In this document: in pieces, positions 14,042-27,354 of the stretch
Position numbering within the stretch: the first letter of the stretch is position 1
How the letters are laid out: each line of letters begins with the position of its first letter
Assembly: GCF_006345805.1 (NCBI RefSeq)
Contig: NC_043002.1
Span: 96,162,001-96,226,000, forward strand
Direction: 5' to 3'
Source: Octopus sinensis
Taxonomy: Eukaryota
Length of the DNA stretch: 64,000 nt
Notes under the pieces: generated by a model
The model's database searches: none
Told to the model about the DNA's origin: nothing
Seen by the model: the letters and a program-made list of their open reading frames with translations, nothing else
Position numbers and translations under genes: made by a program

Positions 14042-14444
14042 GAATTACTTCATCAAGGTGAACAACTGGACAATATAGAAAGGAAAACAGATTCAATGTC
14101 TGTAACCTTGACAGCATCTCAGAAACATATAAATAATATCAAAAGTGTGTTTGGTGGCATTAAAAATTGGTGGAGTCGTGGATCAGACAAGAAACTTAGT
14201 GAAACAGATTCCCCACCTGTACGTAATAGCCAGCTGAAAGAGGCAGTGAACAGTGCAGAAAAGATACCACGATCAGTTGGAGGAACTCAACGAAAACAAG
14301 AACTAGATGATATGTACAGCGATAGGCCTGTTGATTTAGATAGGAAGTTTTTGGCTGGAAGTCGTATGGCTGATGCCCAGGTACCTGATCAATCACGTCA
14401 TGTAACAAATAGTCAACATGAAGCAAAGATGAATGAAAACTTAG
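14042..14444 (+). CDS. SNAP29: SNAP29 coding exon 2
   Basis: Acceptor ttattattcAG at 14040-41. Reads ELLHQGEQLDNIERKTDSMSVTLTASQKHINNIKSVFGGIKNWW...KMNENL, in frame with exon 1. Donor GTATGT at 14445 (phase 1). Confidence 0.93.
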
Positions 14445-15566
14445 GTATGTATACTGCTAGTTCCAAACATACCATTTTATTTTAGTGTTTAATCATCATT
14501 GTCATTTAATGTCAATTTTCTATGTTTGACAGGAGCTAGTTACACAGAAGACTGTACCAAGCTTTAGAAAAGTGTCAAATGTGTCCTCTTTAAATTGTCT
14601 TCCTGTTTGCATTAGTCCATATAGATAGTATATATGTTTATTGTTTGGTTGAGTTCCTACTCCTATTTTGTCTTTATTGAGGGCATTTTAAAGTTGATAG
14701 AGAAAATAAAAATTGTAGACATTGGAGGCTTTCTGATTAAAGAATGAATGGTTTTAGAGTTACATATAATTGTTTTAATATGGGTAATATCATTTAGATT
14801 TTTGTACATTTAGTGTTGTAGATGAAACAATCAGTATTTTTGATAAGAAATATGTTGACATTTTCATTGTAGTACCATGGAAGAAATAATCTTACTGATA
14901 GCAAAAGCTGGATTGCTTTCAAATTTTGGTACGTGGCCAGCGATTTCAGGAAGGGGGAGGTAAGTCGATCACATCGACCCCCAGTACTCAATTGGTACTT
15001 ATTTTACCGATCCTGGAAGGATGAAGGTAAAGTTGCCCTTGGAAGAATTTGAACTCAGAACGTAATGATGGACAAAATACCTATTTCTTTACTGCCTACA
15101 AGGGGCTACTCACAGACGGGACAAACAAGGACAGACAAATGGATTAAGTCGAGTATATCGACCCCAGTGTGTAACTGGTACTTATTTAATCGACCCCGAA
15201 AGGATGAAAGGCAAAGTTGACCTCGGCGGAATTTGAACTCAGAACGTAGCGGCAGACGAAATACCACTAAGCATTTTTACCTGGCATGCTATAAATTCTG
15301 CCAGCTCACCACCTTACTCTACTATATAATATTGGATTATATTTATTACTGTGCAATTTAATTCCAGATTAGGACATAAAGTGGATTTAGTAAAAGTAGT
15401 TTAATTTTAGGCCCTCTTCTTCTAAACTTTCAGATGTGACATAAAAGCTGAATTATATAAATATTCTTTGAAGATTTTAACTAGTATGTTGTTTTATATA
15501 TACTCCTTCTAGTCATTGTAATAGTGTTGTTAATTTATTTAAAATTTGTTAAAATTTTAATTTCAG

Positions 15567-15733
15567 ATTTGATGTCCACAGGCCTGTCTCGATTAAAAGG
15601 TCTTGCTTCAGAACTAGGTAACGAAATAGAAGGACAAAATCTGCAGTTGGATCGCATTAACACAAAAGTCGAGGGAGTTGATTCTTTACTTCAGAGTCAA
15701 GATAAACAGTTACGAAGAATCTTGAGGAAATAG
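15567..15733 (+). CDS. SNAP29: SNAP29 coding exon 3 (Qc SNARE helix and stop)
   Basis: Acceptor tttcAG at 15565-66. Reads (D)LMSTGLSRLKGLASELGNEIEGQNLQLDRINTKV...RRILRK*. Joined CDS is 228+403+167=798 nt, i.e. 265 aa with two SNARE motifs and no TM domain or Cys cluster. Confidence 0.93.
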
Positions 15734-17227
15734 GAATTTAAAAAACAGTTACCCAAATAAAATATTGAACACATCTTCAGAATTAAGTTGTTGACTTACT
15801 CCAGAAAAAAACAAACAAACAAACAAACAAGAAACAAACCTTTTTGATATTTTAATTAACACATTTAACAAATACAAAATTAATTAATGTTTTCTAATTA
15901 AGATGTAAAAATTTAAATATTGCAAATATATTTTTTGTTTTGTTTTGTTTTTTAATTGCTTCTCAGTCTTGTTTGTTTTTAGTTTTGGTTGTGCTCTCTC
16001 TCTCTCTCTCTTTCTCTCACACACACACACACGTGCATTCAAATTCTGTTAAAATTTACTATTCTTCTTTCTTTCATATTATTTTAAAAACTGAATTAAA
16101 CAGACTCCAGTTGTGTTAACAGTCAGACATCATATCTATGTTGTTAAACTATCATACCAGAACATTTACTCAATATTATTTCCGTTTATGTAACTTGAAA
16201 TACATACTAAAGGTGACAACAAAATTCTATCTTGGATTTATAATTAAAGCATTTTGTCAGTATTGTGCAAAATGTTTGAGAAACAAAGAATTCTTTTTTT
16301 ATTTGAGATAGTCTTTTAGCTTTCTCAGTTTTTTTAAATACAATTTTATTTTGTATCATTCAACTACAGAATTCACATGAAGACTCTCCTTGATTCCAGT
16401 TATTTTATTTCTTTACTCTGCTTTTTTTGTTAGTTAATTATTTTGTTATCTCACGGAAATGATGTTCTAAATGACACAAAAAATTCTCAAGGAACTAATT
16501 TTTCCTTTAAATTTTTTTCCCCTCTTCATCTATGAAGTAAATTTCAGTTCATTGAAAACTTTTTTGCATGCATCATTTAGTACATCAACACCTATCTCTG
16601 AGTTACTTAAAAGCATGTTGTTGGCCCAATTGAAATTGTTTCTTTTGTTCATCTTTGGTACTTTGTTGTCTGATGTTTTCATATTGTAAGCTGTTGTTAT
16701 TTTACAAAAATAATTATATAATATACTAGTTATATACCCATATTATCTTAAGAAGGATAACCCAATGCAGGAAAAGAATACTTAATGTTATTATTAAAAT
16801 TTGTTTTCGTGATCTGTACATATGTAAAACTAAAACCGTTTACAAATAGTCTTATTATTATATCAGATTGGCAGAGTTGTTTAGAGTGTTGGATGAAATA
16901 CTTAGTTGTATTTCTTCTGATTCTTTACATGATGAGTTCAAATTCCACCTTATATTCCTTTGGTGATGATAAAATAAAATATCAGTCCAAGTACGCAAGA
17001 TAATGATATCAACTAATCCCCTACCCCCATAACTACTGGCCTTGTGCCAAAATTAGAAACAGATATCATACAATAAGTCTTAGTTATTATACCAATGAAA
17101 TTATTTGATTAACTTATTTAAAACTTATTGATCAACAATAAGAGTGATGACAAGGAAAAAAAAGCAATATTTATTGCAAATTTGAAACTATTGATGTGTG
17201 TATGTGTGTGCATATATATATATATAC

Positions 17228-17612
17228 GTGGAGGCGCAATGGCCCAGTGGTTAGGGCAGTGGACTTGCGGTCATAGGATCGCGGTTTCGATTCCCAGACT
17301 GGGCGTTGTGAGTGTTTATTGAGCAAAAACACCTAAAGCTCCACAAGGCTCCGGCAGGGGATGGTGGTGATCCCTGCTGTACTCTTTCACCACGACCTTC
17401 TCTCACTCTTACTTCCTGTTTCTGTTGTACCTGTATTTCAAAGGGCCGGCCTTGTCACTCTCTGTGTCATGCTGAATATCCCCGAGAACTACGTTAAGGG
17501 TACACGTGTCTGTGGATTGCTCAGCCACTTACACGTTAATTTCACGAGCAGGCTGTTCTGTTGATTCGGATCAACCGGAACCCTCGTCATCGTAACCGAT
17601 GGAGTGCTTCCA
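17228..17612 (+). repeat. tRNA-derived SINE (A/B box head ggaggcgcaatggcccagtggttaggg...gtttcgattccc)
   Basis: tRNA-like head followed by a non-tRNA body. A related inverted copy at about 33829-34125 has the 11-bp TSD AGGTGTTTAGG. Confidence 0.8.
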
Positions 17613-19079
17613 TATATATATATATATATACACACACACATATATATATAGTTTAGACTATCAGGGATTTGGAACATGTTGTCATGCAATAATGATAGTA
17701 TTACTGTACAACTTAACTATTGTCTTCTAGCTGATTTTAATAATATGATTTATAAAAAAATATGCTTACTGTTTTAATGTGATGAGAATTTGCCATACAG
17801 AGAAGAGCATACAATATCATTTACTTGCTGATGAGTGTCTATAGATAATTAAATCCACCACCCCCACCCTTATATGTACTAATATATAGACTAAATACAT
17901 TGGTTTGGCTTGTACTTATTGTCTGCTAGCTAGTTTAAAAGTTTGTGCATTGAGAGACAGCTCTTACTGTTTTAATATGTTGCATTACAAACAGGCATCC
18001 CGTCATAGAAACCACGCCTTAACAGACATTGGAGCTTGACATGTTTGTTAATGTTACTATGAATATTGCAAGCCTAGCCTAGACATTGGAGTGTGACACA
18101 GTCCTTTGACCTGTCAAACCATCCAACCCATTGATGCTAAACGATGATGAATGTGGATAGAAAAGATTGATATATGAATTTACATTAGTATCCATTATAG
18201 TACCTTTATGGTCATTGTAGTGGTTTCACAAAATATTTAACTTGGTCATTTCTGCTACACTGTAACTTTTTTTTTTTTCCTTTTCAAAAAATACCTATTG
18301 TTAGTAGTCTCCAGGCACTATGTTAATTCTTCGTTAGTATAAGAACAATAATATTACTCACATTGTTAATGACATTTTGCAGAGAATTGATCCATTGAGA
18401 TTTAATTTAAATGTAAACATTTGTTAATGTTACTGTGAATATTGCCAGCCTAGCCTGTGATACAATTAGAATTATTAGTTGTAGTTATTTTGCTTCACTT
18501 ATTTTATTGATGCCATAGAGAAAACTGTGAAAGTCATTCACATTCACTAATTCCCTTATAAACAGAATGAACTGTAAGGATTCTTTGGTTATTTTTGATA
18601 GAATTTAGTTTATATATTTGAGTGCTTTAATTATGATGGCAAAGTGCTGCTATAAAACTCAGTTGCACAAAATACAACTTTGATATACATTAACCCTTTA
18701 GCATTCAGATATCTCTGTCAAATATAATGGTTATTTATTGACACTGTTTTGAATTATTCATGCATTATTTTATGTATTTGAGATTTTAATGATATAATTG
18801 TATATTTTTAGAAGGACATTGTAGGCTGGCTGTAAGAGGGTGGATCTTGACAGTTTGAACATAAAACAGTTAAAATATTTGGATTGGATATAGCTGGTTT
18901 AAATGCTAAAGGGTTAAAATTGGATCAGAAATGTGTCAGTTAATAGTTTAAGTCTTAAAAATCTAGAATCTTTGAATGTGAAATAATTTATTTTTTTAAG
19001 TGTAGAAGACAAAGTAGATAATGCTATAAGTAATAGCATGTAGATGATATTTTGAATAGAAAAAATTTTTCTTTGATAT

Positions 19080-19550
19080 GATTGATTGATTGATTGATTC
19101 TAGTTTCAGCTCACGAGCTGTGGCCATGCTGGAGCACCGCCATTTGGTGTTGCTACATGGTTTTACTTCACGAATGCTTTTTAGCAACTGCCATTTGGTG
19201 CATGAGAGAGTTCGATGCAGCTGCCCTCATCTGCACCTCCTGTCGTGAAGTTGGTTCATCTGGGATACCTGACAAGAAGAGATCCAGTTTCATTTTAAAG
19301 ACATCTGCATCCACCCCATGCAGGTCTCTTAGGTTCTTCGGGAGGATATTGAAGAGCTGTGGGCCTCGGAAGCCCAGGCTATCACAGTATCTTGTCCTAC
19401 ATCTTGATGGCAAATTTGGAGTCCTAGGCACCATGCAGTGGCGCCCAGTTCTGGCATTTGTGTAACTCTCGATGCCAAAGTTTGGGACAAGTCCTTGGTT
19501 TACTTCCTGAAATATTTTTGAATTATACAGCTATACTTTAACTTGTTCTT
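19080..19550 (-). mobile_element. CR1-clade LINE 3' fragment
   Basis: VPRTPNLPSRCRTRYCDSLGFRGPQLFNILPKNLR...FKMKLDLFLSGIPDEP...AASNSL, then a tail ending in (AATC)n. Confidence 0.8.
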
Positions 19551-19767
19551 ATAAAGACTCATATGATGAAAGAAAGAAATCTTTGGGTGTTAGAGAATGC
19601 ATCCTGTCTTTCAGTGCTAAATTTTAAGCTCTGAAGCTTGTTTTAACCCCTCCCCTCTTTGAAAAGAGAAAGCTACTTTTGGCTAATCAGTAGTAGAGCA
19701 AACTAGGGCTTATCATAATTGTTGTTTTGTAACTTCATTAATATTTTTCAGAACGTTCCAGTGGTAT

Positions 19768-19814
<47 letters not shown>

Positions 19815-21503
19815 TATAAATACTTAGTAGTTTCCATTGTACATGTATTTGCTGAGTCGACATTCTAATAAACGTATGGACTTTTGAATATTTTGCTGGA
19901 AAAGCTAGCAAACTTACAATATAAATGTGTAGTAAAATATGAGGGTAGATGAGCATCACAAAGAAAATGTGCATATTTGTTTCGTAAGATGCTTAAGTTA
20001 CTAGTATTGGTAAGGTTAGAACTTATGTTACCAATATTTGCACTGATCCAAAAAGGTAGTGTGTTATATATTTAGCAAATCTAAAATAACTATATTAATT
20101 CTAAATCTGTTTCCTGGTAAGAAGGAAATTTCCAATCCAATGAAAGCATTTTTTAAAGGATTGGTTGCTTCACAATACTCATGTTCTAGCATTTCTTTGA
20201 AAAACTTCAAAAGAAGCAGGCATTTTTGGAAAGAAAAAACAACTATTACACAGCAATCAAAGATCAGAAAATTATTCATCAAATTTTATTTCAATAATGC
20301 AGAAATATATATTCATATTTAATACTATATAGATTAGCCAAGAAATTTCTTTTTCAATGATAATCTTTGTTGTTTTTTACCCTTTCGTAAAGATTTTCTC
20401 CTGCTGGGGGGAGACACTGGGCTTCAATGTGGTCTAAGCAAACCAAATCGTTTACCTCAGTCCTCAGTTGAAAACATTTCCCTTACTTTGTTAATGCCAT
20501 CATTATCACTCACCTCTATTGTCTCTCCTCTTTTATAGCAAAAGCCTTCTGCTTATACTCAAAATTATTACTAAAATGTTTCGTTTTGTTTTTCTTGTAT
20601 ATTTGATGTATTGGAAAAAAATTTGGGGTGGGGTGGGGGCTATTTTGGTTTTTGTTTAATTTAAGATATTTCAATAAGTTTTTCAGAAATGGATGTATTT
20701 TTATTCAATAAAAGAATTAAGTGATTCAATTTGACTAATTTGTAACTCTAACTCTTTAGCATTCAGATTATTCAGTCAAATGTAATGCTTAATTAATCAC
20801 ATTGTTTTGAATTAATTATGCATTATCTCTTAGTTTCAAGATTTCAATGATGCCATTGTATATTTTTAGAATGACATTGTAGGGTAGGTGTGAGATGTTG
20901 GATCTAATGGGTTAACACAGCTGTTTCAATAAAATAGTAAGGATCACATTTCAAGATGTGAAAGCAGACAGGTTACTGCTAGAACTCAAATCAAGCAATG
21001 CAAGAGAACATATTGTAAGCATGGCAAATCCTAAGAGCAAACAGTTGGACCTGACAGCTTCGTGAAATGCCTACCATCTTGTTGAGTTTTAAACAGTTAG
21101 GTGGACATACTCAATAACTTTGATTACTTCAAATAAATTTTAGTCTATAAGGTCAGATTGACTTACTTAATTAAATTTCTGGCTGTGTGTTAAGAAACTT
21201 GTTTCCAAATCACAGGGTGTATGTATATATACATATATATGTATATACACATATATGTATATTTATGTATACATAGATATATGTATGTGCAGGTGGCACA
21301 TAAAAAGCACCATTTGGGCGTACCAAACTGGCCCTCTTGCCAGTGGCACATAAAAGCACCCACTACACTCTTGGAGTGGTTGGCGTTAGGAAGGGCATCC
21401 AGCTGTAGAAACTCTGCCAGATCAGATTGGAGTCTGGCTCGCCAGACCTCAGTCAAATCGTCCAACCGATGCTAGCATGGAAAGTGGACATTAAATGATG
21501 ATA

Positions 21504-21547
<44 letters not shown>

Positions 21548-21604
21548 TATATACATATACACACATGTATATGTATATATATACATGTAATGCTATTAGT
21601 AACT

Positions 21605-22620
21605 CCTCTAAAATTTTTGTAAAGGGAAAGTTACTTGAGGTTGTTGATTTGTTCATCTACCTTGATACAGAAATATAGCTGCAAATTCAAAGGGCAGCAA
21701 AAACATTTTGATGGCTTGGAGTCACACATTTGGTGCCAGCGACATATAAATAAGAATACAAAGGTGGCTCTTTACAAATCATTTGTCTTACCATCCCTGT
21801 TGTATTTCTGTGAAACTTGGACTTGTTATGGAAGGCATTTTAAACTGTTAGAACAATTCCACCAAAAATGCCTTCATCGCATTTTAAAAATTAAATGGAG
21901 TTCTTTTACTCCAAACACAGATGTCCTTGCTTCTGCAGGCATCACCTCATTTAAAGCTATGATTTTGAGGAACCAACTGAGATGGTGTGGCCATATTGTT
22001 CAAATGGCAGATGAATGCATGCCGAAACAGCTGCTTTATGGTGAGCTTGCAGATGGGAAATGCTATCGGCATAAACCTAAAAAAAGGTTTGATGATGGCA
22101 TAAGGACTACTATGATGTCATTTGGAATGGTTCTAGAAGATATAGAAACTCTTGCTTTGGAATGAGTTGGATGGCAAATAAAGATGTGGAGTGGAGTAAA
22201 ACCACTTGAAGAGGCCAGAATAATGCAAGTAAGATTCAAAAGTGATCTAAGGAAGAATGTAATGATCGAGAAGGTGAATGACAATGACCTTTTTGTGTGC
22301 ACAGTCTGTGACAGACCATACCTGTCTTTGGCTGACCTCAAAACTTATCTGCGAATGCATGGAAAACGAACCTCCACCAACTATTCTGCCTATATGTTGG
22401 TGCATACCTTTGAATGCAGTGTATGCCAGAAGATTTGCATATTCAACAGAGGCCTCAAAAGACATGTTAAGATCCACAAAGAACAGAACTTATCTGCAGG
22501 TATTAGTGGTCCAAATCAGAAGTGCAATCCATGCGAATGTCTTTTCTGAACACTGCCATGATGGTGCTAAGGTGTAGGTACAGGAGGTGGTCACACTCTG
22601 TATAAGGAGTAGACAACCAC
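21605..22620 (+). mobile_element. RTE-clade LINE 3' portion, degenerate, with C-terminal zinc fingers
   Basis: TKVALYKSFVLPSLLYFCETWTCY...QLRWCGHIVQMADECMPKQLLYGEL (RTE C-terminus), followed by C2H2-like motifs in ORF 22184-22549. Confidence 0.88.
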
Positions 22621-22729
22621 CATATGTGTATATATCCATGTATATATACATGTATATGTCTATATAGATGTATATATATATATATATATACATGTATATG
22701 TCTGTATATGTATATATATATGTATATGT

Positions 22730-23350
22730 ACAGTTAGCTAAAGGAGAACGACCTCCACATAAACCAAAAAAGAGGTATAAGGACTTGCTGAAGGCTTCCT
22801 TAAGAGATGCTTGCATCTCTCCTGACACATGGGAAGGCATAGCTATTGATCATAGCAGGTGGAGAAGGATTGTGCACAAGGGGACAGCCACTTTTGAGAA
22901 ATCTCGAGTTGCACATGAGAAAGTAAGGAGGGATGTCAGGAAGGGCATCGCTGTTATACTTCCAGATGAGGAGGGTCTTCCTATGATGCTGACATGCAGT
23001 GTCTGTGCAAGACCCTGCCTCAGTAAAGCTGGACTAAAGAGTCATCTTCGTAGTCATAAAGCGAGACAGATGAGTGACAACCTGGTCACTGGTGGTGGTG
23101 TAACACACCATACTAATCATATCTGTCGGGCATGTGGAAGAGAGTGTAATTCAGCAGGAGGACTTAAACGACATGCAAAGGTACATGAAGCCCAGTTACA
23201 ACTACAGCTGGCTATTACCGGTAAAGGTTTTAGTTGCCAATTTTGTACGAGACATTGTAGATCTTTAGCTGGGCTAAAAAGTCACATTCGATCACAGCAC
23301 CAGTAACAGTTAAGCTTCGTGCAATGGCCATACTTGATAACGAGGGGGCA
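22730..23350 (+). mobile_element. Second RTE-clade LINE 3' end with three intact C2H2 zinc fingers
   Basis: GERPPHKPKKRYKDLLK...RWRRIVHKG (RTE tail), then CSVC-x12-HLRSH, CRAC-x12-HAKVH and CQFC-x12-HIRSQH, stop at 23304-06. Confidence 0.88.
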
Positions 23351-25469
23351 GCCATAATACGTATGTGAACATGTATATGTATGAATATATATGTTTATAT
23401 ATATGTATATATACATATATGTATATATACATATATATGTATATATACATATATATACATACATATCATCATCATCGTTTAGCGTCTGCTTTCCATGCTA
23501 GCATGGGTTGGATGGTTCAACTGGGGTCTGGGAAGCCAGAAGGCTGCACCAGGCCCAGTCTGATCTGGCAATGTTTCTATGGCTGGATGCCCTTCCTAAC
23601 GCCAACCACTCCGTGAGTGTAGTGGGTGCTTTTTACGTGCCAGACTGGCAAACGGCCACGATCGGATGGTGCTTTTCACGTGCCACCGGCACGGAGGCCA
23701 GGTGAGGCTGGCAACAGCCATGATCGGATGGTGTTTTTTACATGCCACTGGCACATATATATATACATATGTCATCATCATCATCGTTTAACTCCCGCTT
23801 TCCATGCTAGCATGGTTTGGACGATTTGACTGAGAGCGGCACTGGCAATGACCTCACTCGAATGTTTTTTCACGTGCCACCAACATAAGTGCCAGTAAAG
23901 CGACACAGGTAACGATCACGCTTGAATGGTGCTTTTTACGTGCACCATATTTTGTTGAGGATGGTCAAAATGTATGGAGTTGTCTTTTGTACTCGTGAAA
24001 AAAAACAGAACAAAATTAGTTATTAATATTGTTTCTTCACTTGCACCACCCCAGTTTCACACCACATCGGACAGGTTCAATTTTAATTTAGCACCCAACA
24101 ATTCTGCCTTTTTACACTTATTTATTTTGCTTTATGCCTACCTATGATAGTATTATAGGCAGATAGTCTCGAAGGTAGCTCGATCTGTTAGAAGTAGCAG
24201 CCAAATCTTCAACAATGGTAAATATCAAGCAACTTACCCCACTATTTTTGTTTTTACACAACTTCAGACCCCAGTCTAAAATGCCATTTTAATGTTACAC
24301 ATACAACCTTGTAATTCTTTGTTGAGCACTTGTAGCAGACTTTATTTTCAGTTGAGTTGTATTGGCTTTCAATGAGATTCCCAACACAATGTTCACATTT
24401 TACAAAAGTATCTTTTTGAATACTGAATTGTACACCAACTTGAAACAATATTCAGTCGAATACTTCACTACTTGAGAACCTCTTTCATCTTTAGTATATC
24501 TTACTCTAAAATTATTTTCAAGCTCCAATCATTTCTGTTTAGTTTCAAAAGTGCAAAAAAGCGGAATTATTTTGGTGAAGATCGAAACCATCCAAAAACG
24601 AACCTTTCAGGCGTGGTGAGAAACTTACTAAAACGTAATCATTACTGATTGTGAATGAGAGGGGAAAAAATGGTTTATGCTTGAGACGTTATTTTCACAA
24701 AACATGTGGTACCGAGTCCGATCCCACTGCATGACATCTTGGTCACAAGTCTTTTCTCAGTCTAGGGTCGACCCAAACATGGTGAATGACAATGGGTAGG
24801 CAGAAACTGAATGAAAACTCATCAGACTGCAAATGTAATTCAAAGGAGTTCAGCCTTGTCACGCTCACTCTGGCTTGAGGATTGTGTTAATGGTACAACT
24901 GTTTATAGTATACTCTACCACTTACATTACAATTCTGTGATTAGGTTTTTCCATTAATGGAACAGAAGGAGTACTTATAAAAAGAAAAATGGACACAGAA
25001 ATATAGATTTGAAGTGAGCTTTATCCCCTCCTTTGAGCGTCGTCTTTTACCCGCCTACCATTTTTTAGTTTTCTAGCTGACAGAAAAATCTAACTGAAAT
25101 CGATAATTAAATCTTCGTAATGAAGGTGTTTTCTAACACCGATAACTTGAGATTCCATTATACGTTGGCGGATATAAATAGCAGCAGGGGGACATTTAGG
25201 TAGTGTTAAAGCGTCGGAAAAAAGATATTTAGCATTACATTTTACATTCTGTGGTCAAATCTGGCCGAAGTCAATTTTGCATTTCAACCTTCGGAGGAGG
25301 GGGTCGATAAAACAATCGGCATTCCTTCGGTATTGATCAAGAGATCGCCGGTGTGAGGAGACGATGTCATTCATCCTCTCTACTTCAGTCTAGCCTCTTT
25401 ATCTGTCATGAGAGAATGATGAGTGGGTGAATGACGTCGCGTACCAATGTCGAAGAATTAACAATTAAT

Positions 25470-25883
25470 GGCAATCTTTCGTCTCTAGTAGACCTTTCCG
25501 TCGATTTCCGTAAAAAAATTTTTTTTTTACATATGGGCTTGCGGGAACTTTTGAAGTAATGAGCGAAAGAGACTAAGAGAAAGCGATTGTATGACGAGGG
25601 AAGTTCTTTTGAAGTTACCGTGCATGGGAGCATTGATGGACATGTGTGCGTGCGTGTGTGTGTGTGTGTGTGTTTGATGGGGTGTGGGAGACAGACAGTA
25701 TGTTGTGTAAGTGAAGTGCTTCTGTTAGTGTGTGTGTGAAAGAAAGAGATAACTGAAATTTTTTACTCGGTGTATGTGTATATGTATGTATATTACTTCA
25801 AAAGTTCCCGCAAGCCCATATGTAAAAAAAAATTTTTTTTAACGGAAATCGACGGAAAGGTCTACTAGAGACGAAAGATCGCC
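25470..25883. mobile_element. Merlin-like MITE with ~91-bp TIRs, ~300 bp upstream of the ADAT3 ATG
   Basis: Arms 25470-25560 and 25792-25883 are near-perfect inverses. Termini GGCAA/GGCGA fit the Merlin GGNRM consensus. 8-bp TSD CAATTAAT at 25462-69 and 25884-91. Confidence 0.85.
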
Positions 25884-26180
25884 CAATTAATCAATATATA
25901 GTCTATTTAATATTATTGTAATACATTTCTGGTGTTAATGGAATTATATTAATGTATAACAGTAGACAACAGACAAGGCTGACTCGGAACAGTAAATATA
26001 GCACCCTAGAGAGTTGAAATCTAAGGGAGGTTACTCTAAACGTTTGCCTACAAAAACGGTTCGCACATGCCGGTGTAAATACAATACCACTGTAAATATT
26101 CATATTTTCTATAAAGTATTTTAAAAATACACCATATTTGGAATGAGTCTTTGAAATCGCAAAAAATAGATGAAATCAAA

Positions 26181-26232
26181 ATGTTAATTGAAGCAGTACT
26201 GGATGACGTTTACTATAAATTCGTTGACGTTG
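26181..26232 (+). CDS. ADAT3: ADAT3 probable first coding exon
   Basis: MLIEAVLDDVYYKFVDV, then strong donor GTGAGT at 26233. Phase 1 matches the next exon. The frame is open upstream to 26115, so a further upstream start exon cannot be excluded. Confidence 0.72.
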
Positions 26233-26378
26233 GTGAGTGACGTTTACTGTTAAATATTTTGATAATGTTATTGAAAGAAAATTAATTCCTTTGGAGCGAT
26301 CCAGATTTCCTGTATAATATTTACCCGTAGTAATACAGGTTGTTTTGCAGTAGACTTCGTATTAGAACACATCAATCG

Positions 26379-26546
26379 GGTACTTGTCTATTGTCGTGGT
26401 CCCGGTTTCTCACACGCGAATTCGCGCGCGCCAGACGTAGGTACTCGATACTCGAGATCCTACGAGGTGACTTGCGCATGCGCAGTGCAGAATTCGCGCA
26501 TGCGCGTTACCCCCCCCTAAAAAAAAGGTGTTGGATTTCACTAAAA

Positions 26547-26591
<45 letters not shown>

Positions 26592-27354
26592 ACATTTTCA
26601 ATTTTACACAAAAAAATTACATAGTCGCTTTCCTCGCGGATTTACAGATAAATGAATTAATTACTATTTTACAGAATAAAATTAATGAATTAATTATATA
26701 AATTAAATAATTCTTGAAAATTAATTAATATTAATAATATTTTTTGAACAAAGTAAATAATTTATAAAACTTGGTTAATAATTTTTTTTACACAAACGCG
26801 AACGTATATAATTTGTGAAACTTTTTTTTTTTTTACAGACGTATATAATTTGGTAAACTTAATGAATAATTTCTTATCATCATCATCATCGTTTAACGTC
26901 CGTTCTCCATGCCAGCATGGGTTGGACGGTTCGACCGGGGATCTGGGAAGCCAGAAGGCTGCACCAGACTCCAGTCTTATCTGGCAATGTTTCTACAGCT
27001 GGATGCCCTTCCTAACGCCAACCACTCCGAGAGTGTAGTGGGTGCTTTTTACATGCCACCCGCACAGGTGCCAGGAGAGGCTGGCAACGGCCACGGTCGG
27101 ATTGGTGCCAGTCGAGGCGGCTCTGGCATCGGCCACGATTCGGATAGTGCTTTTTACGTACCACCAGTCCAGGGGTCCTGGCATTTGCCGGGTGCCACAC
27201 TTGCCCCAACATGTCTTCGCAAGCAAAGGGGGTTGGCGTGGGTGCCTGTCGTGGGATGAGGTTCGATATCAACTTCGCTTGCCTCAACAGGTCTGGCGCG
27301 CGCGCGCGCGAATTCGCGTGTGCGAAACCGGGACCACGACAATAGACAAGTACC
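26379..27354. mobile_element. Merlin-like MITE (~58-64 bp CpG-rich TIRs) with a nested SINE, in ADAT3 intron 1
   Basis: GGTACTTGTCTATTGTCGTGGTCCCGGTTT...GCCAGAC at 26379-26436, inverse at 27291-27354. 9-bp TSD CATCAATCG at 26370-78 and 27355-63. Confidence 0.88.

Noticed and set aside
17228-17302. tRNA gene
   Set aside because: A/B boxes are present, but the sequence continues into a repeated SINE body and has a related copy with a TSD, so it is a SINE head.
24254-24448. Cys-rich minus-strand ORF as an exon of a third gene
   Set aside because: It is short, has no splice-compatible partner exon and no recognisable family. It is left unassigned.
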